64,000 nt of DNA from Acidobacteriota bacterium (GTDB taxonomy: Bacteria > Acidobacteriota > CAIWXX01), in assembly GCA_040755995.1 (NCBI GenBank), contig JBFMAF010000020.1:32001-96000 (forward strand), in the 5' to 3' direction. This document shows, piece after piece, positions 31,372 through 41,711 of this stretch. The position numbers and the translations under genes are program-made. Each line of letters starts with the position of its first letter. Position 1 is the first letter of the stretch. Under the pieces are notes generated by a model, which was not told the origin of the DNA, did no database searches, and saw only the letters and a list, made by a program, of their open reading frames with translations.

Positions 31372-32118
31372 CTACGGCACCGACACGGTCTTCGCCCAAT
31401 AGAAATACGAGGCAGTCGTGAACTGCTCGTTGGTCTCATTCTCCAGGCTGATGATCTGGGCTACGGACCCGAGATACGGAGCAATCCAGTTGTAGAGGAT
31501 GTATGACTTTGGCGAGCTCCCACCCCATGTGGCCTTAGTCTGCAGCATCACAGTATCGTTGAAGGTGCCGGCGCCTACCGTCACAACACCCTGGCCGACA
31601 TACCTCAACTGCATCGTTAGCGGGACGGTCTCGTTTGGGTAGATGATGTTGGTCCTCTGGGTGACCATCACGTTCACCTTGGCAGGAAAGAAGATACGCC
31701 TGATGGGGATCGACAACGTGTAGGTATCCTCGGCACTCGTGGGAGATGAGTTCCCGTACCACACGATTCCGTTGTTCGCCTTGCGGAAGAAACGGTACAC
31801 CGTCGGCTCCCCGCCTCCTGATTCCTTCAGCGCAAATGCGGCGAGAGGATAGTTCGCGTAGTTATAAGCCGTCGTCTTGTCGACGATCTCGCTCACGATC
31901 GTCCGGTCTTTGGGTCCAGTAGTGAAGTTCCACGGACCGGTGAACGAGATCGTCACCGGAACGTCTGCGCTGTTCGCCGCCCACACGTACTTGATGCCGA
32001 CCGAAGTCGGGAAGTGCCCACCGCGCTGAGTCAAACCGTTCACGTCGGCGACGGCGTACGCGGCGGCTGCGATGATCATGATTCCCACGAGCGAGAATAG
32101 GACGATCCTGCGGCTCAT
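31372..32118 (-). CDS. Secreted hypothetical protein
   Basis: AGGAGG RBS, ATG at 32118; signal peptide MSRRIVLFSLVGIMIIAAAAYA; VTVGAGTF motif. Confidence 0.75.
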   Translation of the reverse strand: MSRRIVLFSLVGIMIIAAAAYAVADVNGLTQRGGHFPTSVGIKYVWAANSADVPVTISFTGPWNFTTGPKDRTIVSEIVDKTTAYNYANYPLAAFALKESGGGEPTVYRFFRKANNGIVWYGNSSPTSAEDTYTLSIPIRRIFFPAKVNVMVTQRTNIIYPNETVPLTMQLRYVGQGVVTVGAGTFNDTVMLQTKATWGGSSPKSYILYNWIAPYLGSVAQIISLENETNEQFTTASYFYWAKTVSVP

Positions 32119-32352
32119 CTGTTGCCCTCCTGTTGCTCGCATTATACGCGCGGCCGCAAGAATCGGCAATGGGCCCGCTTCCGAGCGCCCGAGTCCAATC
32201 CCTTGGATGCCGATCCGGCGGATTGGACGATGCTTCCGTTTCTTCCATCGAATTGGACCGCGTGGATGCATCACGCCTGGCATGCGTTCCGCACTCACAG
32301 AGACAAGAAAGAGGTTCACGATGGCTGATGTCGTGGAAGAGGGAGGATCGCG

Positions 32353-34257
32353 ATGATCGAGAGATGCGTTGTCCTAGGCCTCCTCGCATCGTCCGCGCTG
32401 TCGGTCGCGCTGGCGGGGAATTCGAGCTCCGATGGCGGCTGGGTGGTCCTGCGAGTCGAAGACTACCGCGATCTCATGGAGAAGGCAGTCACGCTCGAGC
32501 CCAAGCCGGCTCCACCACCGGTCCACGCCACGCTCACGCAACTCGACTACGACCTGCGCATTTCGGCGGACGCGGCCCATGGTACTGCCCGCCTCGTTGT
32601 TGACGTCCTCAATGACGGCTGGGTCAGGGTTGCTATCCCGCGCGACTTCCAGGTGCGCGCGACGCGCATCGACGGCAATCCCGGCTCCGTTGTCGGAGCA
32701 GCGAGCGAGAAAGGCGAGGGTCTGATGTACCTCGTGTTCTCTCGTCGCGGCCGGGCCATCGCCGATCTCGACATCGTGATCCCGGTGGCTTCATCGGCGG
32801 GTAGCGACTCGATAACGATCCCGCCCTCGATGGCGGCCCTCACCACGACCACGGTGACGATGCCCCGGCGAGGAGTCGAAATGACGGCTTCCCAGGGACT
32901 CATCGACAAGGTGATGGAGACTGCATCTGAGAGCCGGTTCGTCGCCCACGGACGTTCGTCGGTGCCGCTCGTGCTCTCGTGGCGCCGAAGGCTGGAGGAC
33001 CGCGTCGCCCAACCCCTGCGCCTGCGCGGCTCCATTAACGAATTCGTAGGATTGGGTGAAGACGGATCACAGGTCAGCGCTGATGTCGACATCGAGGTTG
33101 TTCAGGGGATCCTCAAACAGACCGTCCTTGGAATCGCCGACGGCCTCGTCGTCAACCAGGTCTCCGGCGCTGCAGTGTCAGACTGGGACTATCGGCCTGG
33201 CTCTCTCTCGGTGACTCTTCTCGAGCCGGTCGAGACTGGGACGAAGCTGGTTGTGTCGGGCGAAGCGCACACGCCGCGGGATTCCTGGGTGCAGGTTCCC
33301 TTGGTGAGACTCAGGGATGCCGAGCGTGAGACGGGCGGTGTGGCCGTCGACGTGATCGGCGCTGGCGAGATCAAAGGTCGCCAGGTTCGCGGCCTGGACG
33401 AAACGGATCCATCGGGCCTCGGCGAGTCCGTGGTCTCGCGGGGCTCGCCTTCGATCGCGGCCTTCGTGTTCCGCCCGCAGGATGGAACGGCGCAGAGGAG
33501 TTTGTCGGTGGAGGTCGCGCGGTACACGCCCGAATCCGTTGTGGTCGCGAACGTGGAGGAGGCGCGCTACGAGGCAATCGTCGGCGAGGAAGGCAAGGTG
33601 CTCGTGCGGGGGCGATTCGCGGTGCGGAACAACCAGCGGAGCTTTCTGGCCATGCGATTGCCGCCAGGTGCGGTGCTCTGGAGCGCCGCAGTTTCCGGCC
33701 TCCCACTGCGCCCCGGAAGGTCGGATGACGGCGCTCTGCTCCTGCCCCTCGAGAAGGGCCGCTCCGGTGAGGAAGCGCCGTGCTTTGACGTCGAAGCCGT
33801 CTATGCACAGAAGGGGCCGGCTTGGCAACACGACGGATCGTGGCATCTCGCCCTGCCATCGCTCGATCTGGAGATCTCCCGAATCGGGCTGGTGCTCTAT
33901 CACTCCCCTCGATACCGGATCGAGTTCCTGCCCGGCGTCTTCCGCGAGGAAGAGTACTCCGATCCATACTCGGAGATCCTCGCTCGCGATTCGCCGATCG
34001 CGACACCGTCCACCAGCCCTCCACCGGCCGCCGCTCCCTCCGAAGAGGATCGCAGCGCAGAGGTGGAGGTAGAGAATCTGGTGGCACTGTACAAGAGAGA
34101 AGGGCATGGCGGGCGTGCCGGCAGCACGCTCCCGATTCGAGTCCGGTTTTTCGGCGTAGGCGAGTCGCGCTATTTGGTCTCCGAGCTCACCGCGGAGAAT
34201 ACATCGCCGGCAATCGACCTGCGGTACAAGCAGACGACGAAAGGAGCGTGGAAATGA
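32353..34257 (+). CDS. Exported protein of unknown function, paralog A
   Basis: GGAGG RBS; signal peptide; colinear similarity to the downstream gene. Confidence 0.8.
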   Translation: MIERCVVLGLLASSALSVALAGNSSSDGGWVVLRVEDYRDLMEKAVTLEPKPAPPPVHATLTQLDYDLRISADAAHGTARLVVDVLNDGWVRVAIPRDFQVRATRIDGNPGSVVGAASEKGEGLMYLVFSRRGRAIADLDIVIPVASSAGSDSITIPPSMAALTTTTVTMPRRGVEMTASQGLIDKVMETASESRFVAHGRSSVPLVLSWRRRLEDRVAQPLRLRGSINEFVGLGEDGSQVSADVDIEVVQGILKQTVLGIADGLVVNQVSGAAVSDWDYRPGSLSVTLLEPVETGTKLVVSGEAHTPRDSWVQVPLVRLRDAERETGGVAVDVIGAGEIKGRQVRGLDETDPSGLGESVVSRGSPSIAAFVFRPQDGTAQRSLSVEVARYTPESVVVANVEEARYEAIVGEEGKVLVRGRFAVRNNQRSFLAMRLPPGAVLWSAAVSGLPLRPGRSDDGALLLPLEKGRSGEEAPCFDVEAVYAQKGPAWQHDGSWHLALPSLDLEISRIGLVLYHSPRYRIEFLPGVFREEEYSDPYSEILARDSPIATPSTSPPPAAAPSEEDRSAEVEVENLVALYKREGHGGRAGSTLPIRVRFFGVGESRYLVSELTAENTSPAIDLRYKQTTKGAWK

Positions 34258-36536
34258 ACCAGCGTGCCTTCCGCATGTTGATCATCGCAGCCTTCATGTG
34301 CGGCAGCCGGGGATGGGCGCAACAGACTCCGCCGGGCTCCGTCACGCTTCCGCTGCCCGAGTACAACAGGCTGTTGGAGCTCGCGAAGAAGGCTCCGCGG
34401 CCTCCTGAACGGCCCCCCATTGCGGCAGCCCTGACCGAAGCGGACATCCGTGGCACTGTCGAAGGCGACAGACTCCACGGGACGATGAGGATCTACGGCG
34501 AGGTCTTTCAGAAGGGCCCGACCGAAGTGCGCCTCGTGCAGAATACCACGCTCTTCGGAGCGCGTCTTGGCGGCCGGCCGCTGCCTCTCTGGTTTCACGA
34601 CAACGGCTGCTCGACGGTGCTCGACGGGCCGGCGTCTTTCTCGGTTGAGCTCGACTGGGAGACGCCGGTATCAACCGAGCCCGGACGAGCCACGTTTCAG
34701 ATCAGCGCGCCCGATGCAGCGGGCGTACACACGGCAATTGAAATCCCGGCCGCCATGGCGGACGCGCACGTCGAGCGGGGTATCATTACCGGGAAGACGT
34801 CCCTCAAGGGCAAGACCACGGTCGAAGCAACCCTGGAGCCGGGGCGGCCTGCTCGATTCTGGTGGTCATCGCGCGAGACGACTGCCGCTGCCGCGGTGAA
34901 GCCCGTCAGATTCCTCTCGGACATCAAGACGCTTGTCACCATCGGCGAAGCCGACATATCGATGGCGGCCCTGGTGGATGTGACGGTGCTGCAGGGAGAT
35001 CCCGTGCGCTTTAATGTACGCCTGCCCGAGAGATACGAAGTGACGGGTGCCACAGGCAGCACCGTCGATGCGACCGAGCAGGCGGGCGATACGCTGGCCG
35101 TCGTAGTGCGCGATGCCTCGCGAAGGCGCCGTCAGTTCCTGGTGACCCTGGAGCGGCCGACCGAAGGCGGATCGCTCGAGACCGACGCGGGGCTTCCGGT
35201 TGTCGAGGGAAGCCAGCGTGAGACGGGCGACGTTGCCGTCGAAGGCGCAGGCACAATGGAGCTCACGGTGGTTGAGGGCGGTGGCATGCAGCGCGTTGAT
35301 GTGCGCGAATGCGCCGGGGCCCTGCGCGCTCTGGCACGCTACCCGCTTCTCGCCGCCTTCCGCTACCAGCGGAAGATGTCCGAGCCGCCGGCGCTCACGC
35401 TCGGCGTCAAGCGGTTCCTCGACGCCCCAGTACTGGCGGCTGTCGCCGAGAGCGCGGAGGTCACGACCCTCGTCACCGCGCAGGGTCGCATGCTCACCGA
35501 GGTGTCGCTCACTGTACGTAACCATACGCAACCGTACCTAAAGGTAGGCGTTCCCGATAGCGCGACGCTGCTCTCGGCGGAAGTCGCCGGCGAGGCCGTC
35601 AAGCCGGTCAAGGGAAAGGACGGCACGCGCGTTCCACTTCTGCGCCCCGGCTATCGGCCGGATGCACCCTACCGCGTCTCTTACGTTTACATGGATGCAG
35701 GCGCGGCGCTGGGCAAGGCGGGCACTGCGAAGCTCGCGATTCCGCAGATGGACATCCCGGTGCTGCTCCTGAGATGGGAGATGATGGTGCCCGACCAGTA
35801 CAAGGCGAGGGATTTCGGCGGGGAGGCGATCCAGACAGCCAGCTGCACCGTGGAGGATCGGCGGGCATGGACGGTGTACTCGAAGGCCACGCTGGACGAC
35901 CTTCCAGACAACGTTCCGACAGCACGCGATCCGCTTGTCTCCGAGTCCATGCGTGGCGCCCCCGGCGATGGAACCGTCACCGGGACTGTTGTAGACCAAA
36001 CCGGCGGCGTCCTGCCGGGTGCCACGGTCACATTGACCAACAGGGAGATCGGCACTCAAGCTCGCGTGACTGGAATCAACGGTGATTTCGCATTCCCCTT
36101 CCTCCCGAGCGGCGACTACGACTTGCAGGCCGAGCTGGATGGATTCGCTACGTACGCTCAGAAGCAAGTCCACGTGCGATCTGGGGGAGGCGTCGACCTG
36201 CAGATCATCCTCAAGCCCACCAGCGTTGCCGAGGTCATCACCGTGACAGCCGAGCAGCCCATCATCGACACAAAGAAGACGGGCACCGGATTCAACTTCA
36301 CGCAGGAGGTGTTGAGCGACTCGGGCGGCAGCGGCGGGTACTACTCGGCTCCCAAGAAGGACAGAGAGCGTGAGGCGACGGGGCCATCGAGCAACGTCCT
36401 GAACCTCCAGAAGCGGGTCTCGGGAGTGCTGCCGATCAGGGTAGAGATCCCGCGCGCAGGGGTCTCGTACCGATTCATCCGCTCACTGGTCCTGGACGAG
36501 GAGACGACGGTCACGTTCGAGTACAAGAGGCGTTGA
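34254..36536 (+). CDS. Exported protein of unknown function, paralog B, with inserted carboxypeptidase-regulatory-like domain
   Basis: AAGGAG RBS, ATGA overlap; signal peptide; GTVTGTVVDQTGGVLPGATVTL...LPSGDYDLQAELDGF. Confidence 0.8.
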   Translation: MNQRAFRMLIIAAFMCGSRGWAQQTPPGSVTLPLPEYNRLLELAKKAPRPPERPPIAAALTEADIRGTVEGDRLHGTMRIYGEVFQKGPTEVRLVQNTTLFGARLGGRPLPLWFHDNGCSTVLDGPASFSVELDWETPVSTEPGRATFQISAPDAAGVHTAIEIPAAMADAHVERGIITGKTSLKGKTTVEATLEPGRPARFWWSSRETTAAAAVKPVRFLSDIKTLVTIGEADISMAALVDVTVLQGDPVRFNVRLPERYEVTGATGSTVDATEQAGDTLAVVVRDASRRRRQFLVTLERPTEGGSLETDAGLPVVEGSQRETGDVAVEGAGTMELTVVEGGGMQRVDVRECAGALRALARYPLLAAFRYQRKMSEPPALTLGVKRFLDAPVLAAVAESAEVTTLVTAQGRMLTEVSLTVRNHTQPYLKVGVPDSATLLSAEVAGEAVKPVKGKDGTRVPLLRPGYRPDAPYRVSYVYMDAGAALGKAGTAKLAIPQMDIPVLLLRWEMMVPDQYKARDFGGEAIQTASCTVEDRRAWTVYSKATLDDLPDNVPTARDPLVSESMRGAPGDGTVTGTVVDQTGGVLPGATVTLTNREIGTQARVTGINGDFAFPFLPSGDYDLQAELDGFATYAQKQVHVRSGGGVDLQIILKPTSVAEVITVTAEQPIIDTKKTGTGFNFTQEVLSDSGGSGGYYSAPKKDREREATGPSSNVLNLQKRVSGVLPIRVEIPRAGVSYRFIRSLVLDEETTVTFEYKRR

Positions 36537-36591
36537 GAGCGCCCGTATCCAGGCGATGGTGACGGGAGCGCGTTGCGCCGGCGGCGAATGC

Positions 36592-37860
36592 TCAGCGCGG
36601 GAAGGTCAGGCGGATCACGAGTCCGCGGGAGGGGGAGTGCTGGTTCTCGGCCGAGATCCTACCGCCGTGAGCCTCGATGATCCTCTTGCACATGGCCAGC
36701 CCGAGGCCCCAGCCACCGGTCTTTCTGGAGCGGGAGCGGTCGGCGCGGAAGAACGGCTCGAAGATGGCTTCGAGATCGCCCGCACCGACTCCAGGACCGT
36801 CGTCGGCGACGCGCATCGTCACAGCTTCCGGCTCGACGCTCATCGTGATCTCGACCGACCGGCTGTCAGGGAGCGAGTACTTGACGGCGTTTTCCAAAAG
36901 ATTCCGGAACAGGACGCGGATCTTGTCGGCATCGATGTCCAGGAGAACCGGCTCGGCGGGTGTCGTCACACGGACGCCGGGAGCCGTTTCGGCGAACTGG
37001 CCGGCGACGTCGCGGACGATCGCTACGATGTCGCGACGCTTGATTGAGAGGCCGCGACCGTCCCGCAGGCGCTCGAGCTCCAGTATTCCCGTGATCATCC
37101 CTTCCATCTCGGCAACGTCAGCCTCCATCCGGGTGCGCTTGTCACCCTCGGGGAGCAGCGCCAGCGCGACTTTCATGCGGGTGAGCGGCGAACGCAGCTC
37201 GTGACTCACGTCGATCAGCAGGCGGTCGCGTAGCTGGATCATCTCCTTGACGCGTCGAGCCATCTGGTTGAAGGCATCGGTCAGCGCACCGAGCTCGTCC
37301 CGCGACTGGCGCTCGACGACAACATCGAACTGGCCTTCGCCGAAGCGACCGACGGCGGCGTAGAGAAGGCGGACGGGGCGAAGCGCGCGCCGGATGACCC
37401 CGTGAGCCACGAGCACGATGATGATCATGAGGGTGAGCAGCAGAGCAAGCAGCCTATCGTGAGCGACCTTGAGCGAGCGGCCGAACTCCCACGATAGAGT
37501 GTAACGGCCGCCGCCCGCGGCAGCAGCGACGTGGCGGCTGTGACCCCAAGCCGAGTGGGGTGTCGCGACGGCAGTCCCCTTCGAGTCGCCGGTGGTCCAG
37601 GCACCTTGCGGTCCCTCATAGGAAATCGTGATCCCCGCCTGGCGCGCCACGACTCTGGCTGTCTCAAGATCAGGCGGGCGGGAGGCGATGTCCTGGGCAT
37701 ACGCGTCGAGCACGCGATCAACCGCCTCCCCAACGCTCGGACTGACGGCGAAACCGAAGAAGCCGACCACCATCAGCATGAGGCAGACCGCCATGCCTAC
37801 CATGATCGCGACCAGCTTGACGAAGACGGACCCGTGCAGAGTTGCGAGCTTCTCAGGCAT
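36592..37860 (-). CDS. HAMP sensor histidine kinase
   Basis: Two TM helices, DELGAL..AFN.M, DVSHELRSPLTR, NLLENAVKY, DDGPG, GLGLA. Confidence 0.95.
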   Translation of the reverse strand: MPEKLATLHGSVFVKLVAIMVGMAVCLMLMVVGFFGFAVSPSVGEAVDRVLDAYAQDIASRPPDLETARVVARQAGITISYEGPQGAWTTGDSKGTAVATPHSAWGHSRHVAAAAGGGRYTLSWEFGRSLKVAHDRLLALLLTLMIIIVLVAHGVIRRALRPVRLLYAAVGRFGEGQFDVVVERQSRDELGALTDAFNQMARRVKEMIQLRDRLLIDVSHELRSPLTRMKVALALLPEGDKRTRMEADVAEMEGMITGILELERLRDGRGLSIKRRDIVAIVRDVAGQFAETAPGVRVTTPAEPVLLDIDADKIRVLFRNLLENAVKYSLPDSRSVEITMSVEPEAVTMRVADDGPGVGAGDLEAIFEPFFRADRSRSRKTGGWGLGLAMCKRIIEAHGGRISAENQHSPSRGLVIRLTFPR

Positions 37861-38551
37861 CGCCGCCTCCGATGAACCTGTAGCCCGCCGCATGAACGGT
37901 CTTGATGAAACGCGGCCTGCGGGCGTCGTCCCTGAGCTTCCCGCGCAGCCGGCTGACGAGCACGTCGACCGATCGATCGAACGCCTCACAATCGCAGCCG
38001 CGAGTGAGCTCCATGATGCGATCCCTGCTCAGTACACGACCCCGGTTGCGGACTAGAATCCCGAGCAGCGTGAGCTCGGCTGTTGTCAGGTCGAGCGGCC
38101 GCCCGTCGAGTGAGGCCGAACGCGAGCCGAAGTCTACTTCGAGCCCGCCAACTCGCAGGCGCTCTTGGCTCTCCGGCTGAGCTCCCCGACGCAACACCGC
38201 CTGAATGCGCGCCACCAGCTCGCGGGGCTCGAACGGCTTGGGAAGGTAGTCGTCCGCTCCCAGCTCGAGCCCTACGATGCGATCCACCGTATCGCCGCGC
38301 GCCGTCAGCATGATGATCGGCACCCGGCTCCTCTCGCGAATGACGCGGCACACGGCGAAGCCGTCCATTCCCGGCAGCATCACGTCAAGGATGATGATGT
38401 CGGGAGGGTCGCGATCGAGCATCCCGAGCCCATCCTCCGGGGTCGCGGCTGCTCGCGCCGACAGACCGAATCCACCCAGAAGCTCGATGAGCAGCGCCGT
38501 GAGCTTCTCATCGTCGTCGATGAGCAAGACATCCGTTCTGTGTGGCGTCAT
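37853..38551 (-). CDS. OmpR-family response regulator
   Basis: LLIDDD, ILDVMLPGMDG, GADDYLPKPF, DRSVDVLVSRLR.KL. Confidence 0.96.
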   Translation of the reverse strand: MTPHRTDVLLIDDDEKLTALLIELLGGFGLSARAAATPEDGLGMLDRDPPDIIILDVMLPGMDGFAVCRVIRERSRVPIIMLTARGDTVDRIVGLELGADDYLPKPFEPRELVARIQAVLRRGAQPESQERLRVGGLEVDFGSRSASLDGRPLDLTTAELTLLGILVRNRGRVLSRDRIMELTRGCDCEAFDRSVDVLVSRLRGKLRDDARRPRFIKTVHAAGYRFIGGGDA

Positions 38552-38569
38552 GGTCCCTATTATGATCCA

Positions 38570-39787
38570 TCAGGACGCGCGGAGTACATCGATCGGCACC
38601 ATGCGCGCCGCCTTGCGAGCGGGTAAGGCCCCGAAGGCGACGCCGGTTAGAACTGTGACGGCAAAGCTCGCCACGAGACCCGCACGAGGCGCGCCGACCG
38701 TCCAGCTGGTGGCGATCGCCAGTGTCGCCGCGCCCAGGCCGCCGGCGGCGGCGCCCGCGACCCAACCACCGAGAGCGAGTGCCGAGGCCTCGACGAGGAA
38801 CTGCGTGAAGACGTCTGCCGGGCGAGCGCCCAACGCCATTCGCAGCCCGATCTCCGCCGTGCGCTCCTTGACCGAAAGGAGCATCACGGCCAGCACGCCG
38901 ATGCCACCCACGACGAGAGATACGCCGGCGAGCCCGGTCGCGAGGAGCGTGAGCGAGTCCGCCACCGCCGCGCGCACGGCAAGGAGCTTGGCCTGATTCT
39001 GGATGTCGAAGTCGTCCGGCCTTCCAGCGGCGAGCCGGTGGCGGTCGCGCAGCAAACGCCGGATCTCCTGTTCGGCCTCTTCCATGCGATCAGGATGGGC
39101 GGCCGCTACGAACACCTCTGAGAGCGAAGTTGTGTTGAAGAGGCGACGTAGGGCCGTTCGGATGGGCACGAAGACGTTGCCATCCTCGTCTGACCCGTCC
39201 GCCAGCACGCCGCGGGCGGCAAGCACCCCCACAACCTGGAAGGGAATGCCGTTGATTCGGAGCGATTCGCGGATTGGCCGCTGACCGGGAAACAGTGTGT
39301 CGGCGACGCGAGCGCCAAGCACAGCGACACGCTCGGCCGCGTCGTTCTCGGCCGGATCGAAGAAGCGGCCGGAGGACAAGGTGAGACCGCGGAGCGAGCG
39401 AAACGCGGCGCCCGTGCCCATCACCAGGGCGTCCATCGATCTGGGTCCCACCTTGATGCGCATGTCACGTTCGGAGCCCGGAGCCGCCTCGCGCACGCAG
39501 GCCAAAGCCGCGATCTCCTCGCAGTCCTCCGCGCGCAGGCTCGTGACCCGTCCGCGAACCTCGCGGCGCGCCACGAGCGTGCCGAGCTGAGCGGGCCTCA
39601 CCAGGAGCAGGTTCGCGCCCATCGCACCGACATCACGCAGGACAGCGTCCCGCGCTCCCTGGCCGAGGGCGCTGGTGACGAGAACCGAGGCGACGCCGAT
39701 CGCCACGCTCGCCGTCGCAAGCCCCGCTCGAACCCTGTGCGCAGTGAGCGCGCGCACGGAGAGTGCAAACCCGCGCCGGAGCCTCAT
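38570..39787 (-). CDS. MacB/FtsX-like ABC permease
   Basis: IGVASV, SGRFF, SLVVGGIGVLAVMLLSVKERTAEIGLRMALGA, PARKAARM.PIDVLR. Confidence 0.93.
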   Translation of the reverse strand: MRLRRGFALSVRALTAHRVRAGLATASVAIGVASVLVTSALGQGARDAVLRDVGAMGANLLLVRPAQLGTLVARREVRGRVTSLRAEDCEEIAALACVREAAPGSERDMRIKVGPRSMDALVMGTGAAFRSLRGLTLSSGRFFDPAENDAAERVAVLGARVADTLFPGQRPIRESLRINGIPFQVVGVLAARGVLADGSDEDGNVFVPIRTALRRLFNTTSLSEVFVAAAHPDRMEEAEQEIRRLLRDRHRLAAGRPDDFDIQNQAKLLAVRAAVADSLTLLATGLAGVSLVVGGIGVLAVMLLSVKERTAEIGLRMALGARPADVFTQFLVEASALALGGWVAGAAAGGLGAATLAIATSWTVGAPRAGLVASFAVTVLTGVAFGALPARKAARMVPIDVLRAS

Positions 39788-40992
39788 CGCAGCGCATCCG
39801 AAGGTCGCAGGAGTGCGGCACGCCGCGCCGGAGTCACGCCGGCGAGAAGGCCGGTGAGAAGCGACAGAGCCAGACCCAGCGCGATGGCACCGGGGCCCAA
39901 CCGCGCCGAGAGGCTGATGCGCGCGGCGACCAGGGCCGTGACCAGGCCGCCGAGGATGACGCCGGCGATGCCGCCGGCGAGCGTCGTCGCGGCGGTCTCG
40001 AGCAGGAACTGCAGCCGGATGTCCGCGGGTCGCGCCCCGACCGCGCGCCGCAGGCCGATCTCGGCCGTCCGCTCGTTCACCGAAGCCAGCATCAGACTTG
40101 CCGCCACGGCGAGGGCCGCAAGCAGGGAGGTGGCGGTGACGAGAGGGATGTACAGGAACACGACTCGCTCGATGCGTCCCACCATCTGCCGGACGGCGAC
40201 GGAGTTGATGACGGTGAAATCGTCGGGCTGACCTTGCGCCAGGCGGTGACGTGCCCGCAGCGCCAGCGAGACTTCTCTGGTGACGGCCTCGACGTCGGCC
40301 GGCTCGGTCACCAGGAGTTTGGCGGCGCGGATCGAGTCGACATTCATCACGCGGCGCATTGCGGTCGTGACCGGGATCACGATCTCGTTGTCGCGATCCA
40401 TCCCATGGATGTCAGTTCCGAACCGCTCCAGGATCCCCACGACGCGGAACGGCACGGAGCCGATTTGGATGTCCTGTCCGTCCGGGTAGTCCTCTGCGAA
40501 CAACGCCCGGGCCGCAGTCTCGCCGATGAGCGCCACCCGGGCCGATCCGGCGACGTCGGTGGCGTCAATGAAGCGGCCGCGTTCCGCCCCACGACTCCAC
40601 GCGCGCTCGGCGCGCTCAGACTGGCCCATCAGGCGCACCAGGCAGTTGCGATCCCCGCGTCGGACGGATGCGTCAGGAACGACGACCATCGGGTCCCAGG
40701 TGTCGATTCCCGGGACGTCCCGCACCACCGCCTCGATGTCGTCGATCGTCAGTCGGGTCGCGTCGCGCGGCCCGCCCATGAAGAAGCCCCCGCCGGAGGA
40801 GACGACGATCGAGGACGCGCCGAAGAGCTGTTGAACCGTTGCCAGCAGCTTGTTCACGGCCGCCCCGCCCAGAGCGACCACGAACGAGAGCGCCGCGACG
40901 CCGATCAGGGGGCCCACCATCATGAAGCCGGTGCGCAGCTTGAAGCGGGAGAGGGAGCGCATGCAGTCCTTGACGATTCTCAATGTTCTCAT
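39784..40992 (-). CDS. MacB/FtsX-like ABC permease
   Basis: IGVAAL, RGRFI, SVNERTAEIGLRRAVGA, PARRAALLRPSDALR. Confidence 0.93.
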   Translation of the reverse strand: MRTLRIVKDCMRSLSRFKLRTGFMMVGPLIGVAALSFVVALGGAAVNKLLATVQQLFGASSIVVSSGGGFFMGGPRDATRLTIDDIEAVVRDVPGIDTWDPMVVVPDASVRRGDRNCLVRLMGQSERAERAWSRGAERGRFIDATDVAGSARVALIGETAARALFAEDYPDGQDIQIGSVPFRVVGILERFGTDIHGMDRDNEIVIPVTTAMRRVMNVDSIRAAKLLVTEPADVEAVTREVSLALRARHRLAQGQPDDFTVINSVAVRQMVGRIERVVFLYIPLVTATSLLAALAVAASLMLASVNERTAEIGLRRAVGARPADIRLQFLLETAATTLAGGIAGVILGGLVTALVAARISLSARLGPGAIALGLALSLLTGLLAGVTPARRAALLRPSDALR

Positions 40993-41711
40993 GAGTTCTC
41001 CTGAGAGGCGGCGACGGGGCGAGGGCCTACACCGTCGCTCACGAGCCGGCCGCTGTCGAGCCGCGCGACGCGGGTGCAGTGCGCGGCGACGCCGGAGTCA
41101 TGTGTCACGATCACGATCGTGCGCCCTGCGGCGTTCAAGCCCCGGAAGATCTCCATGATCTCCTGCGCCGCCTGAGCATCGAGGTTGCCCGTGGGTTCAT
41201 CGGCCAGAAGCAGGTCCGGATCATTGACGAGCGCCCGTGCGATCGCGACCCGTTGCTGTTGGCCGCCTGAGAGCTCTCCCGGCGTGTGCCGGGCACGGTC
41301 GGCGAGACCGACGGCCTTGAGTGCCGCAAGGCCCAGGCCTTCGATGGCCGCGCGTCGCGAGTACAGCAACGGCAGCTCCACGTTCTCCAGTGCACTGACG
41401 CGCGGGAGCAGGTGAAACGCCTGGAAGACGAATCCGATCTTCTCGTTGCGGAGCTGCGCCTGCAGCTCCAGGTCGAGGTCGGCGACGTCGCGCCCATCGA
41501 GGTGATAGCTCCCCGCGTCGGGCTGGTCGAGCAGGCCGATGATGTTCATGAGCGTCGACTTGCCCGAGCCGGACGCGCCAACGAGTGCAACCATCTCGCC
41601 GCGGTCGATATCCATCGACACCTCATCCAGGGCGCGGACGGCCTCTCCGCCCGGTCTCACATACGTTCTTCTGATTCCACTCAGCCTGATCATCATCTTG
41701 TCGTTCCTCAC
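40989..41711 (-). CDS. ABC transporter ATP-binding protein (MacB/LolD type)
   Basis: [40 protein letters not shown]. Confidence 0.97.
   Translation of the reverse strand: MRNDKMMIRLSGIRRTYVRPGGEAVRALDEVSMDIDRGEMVALVGASGSGKSTLMNIIGLLDQPDAGSYHLDGRDVADLDLELQAQLRNEKIGFVFQAFHLLPRVSALENVELPLLYSRRAAIEGLGLAALKAVGLADRARHTPGELSGGQQQRVAIARALVNDPDLLLADEPTGNLDAQAAQEIMEIFRGLNAAGRTIVIVTHDSGVAAHCTRVARLDSGRLVSDGVGPRPVAASQENS

Noticed and set aside
33822..34253. N-terminal extension of the 904-aa ORF
   Set aside because: Overlaps the upstream gene; RBS, ATGA overlap and signal peptide place the start at 34254
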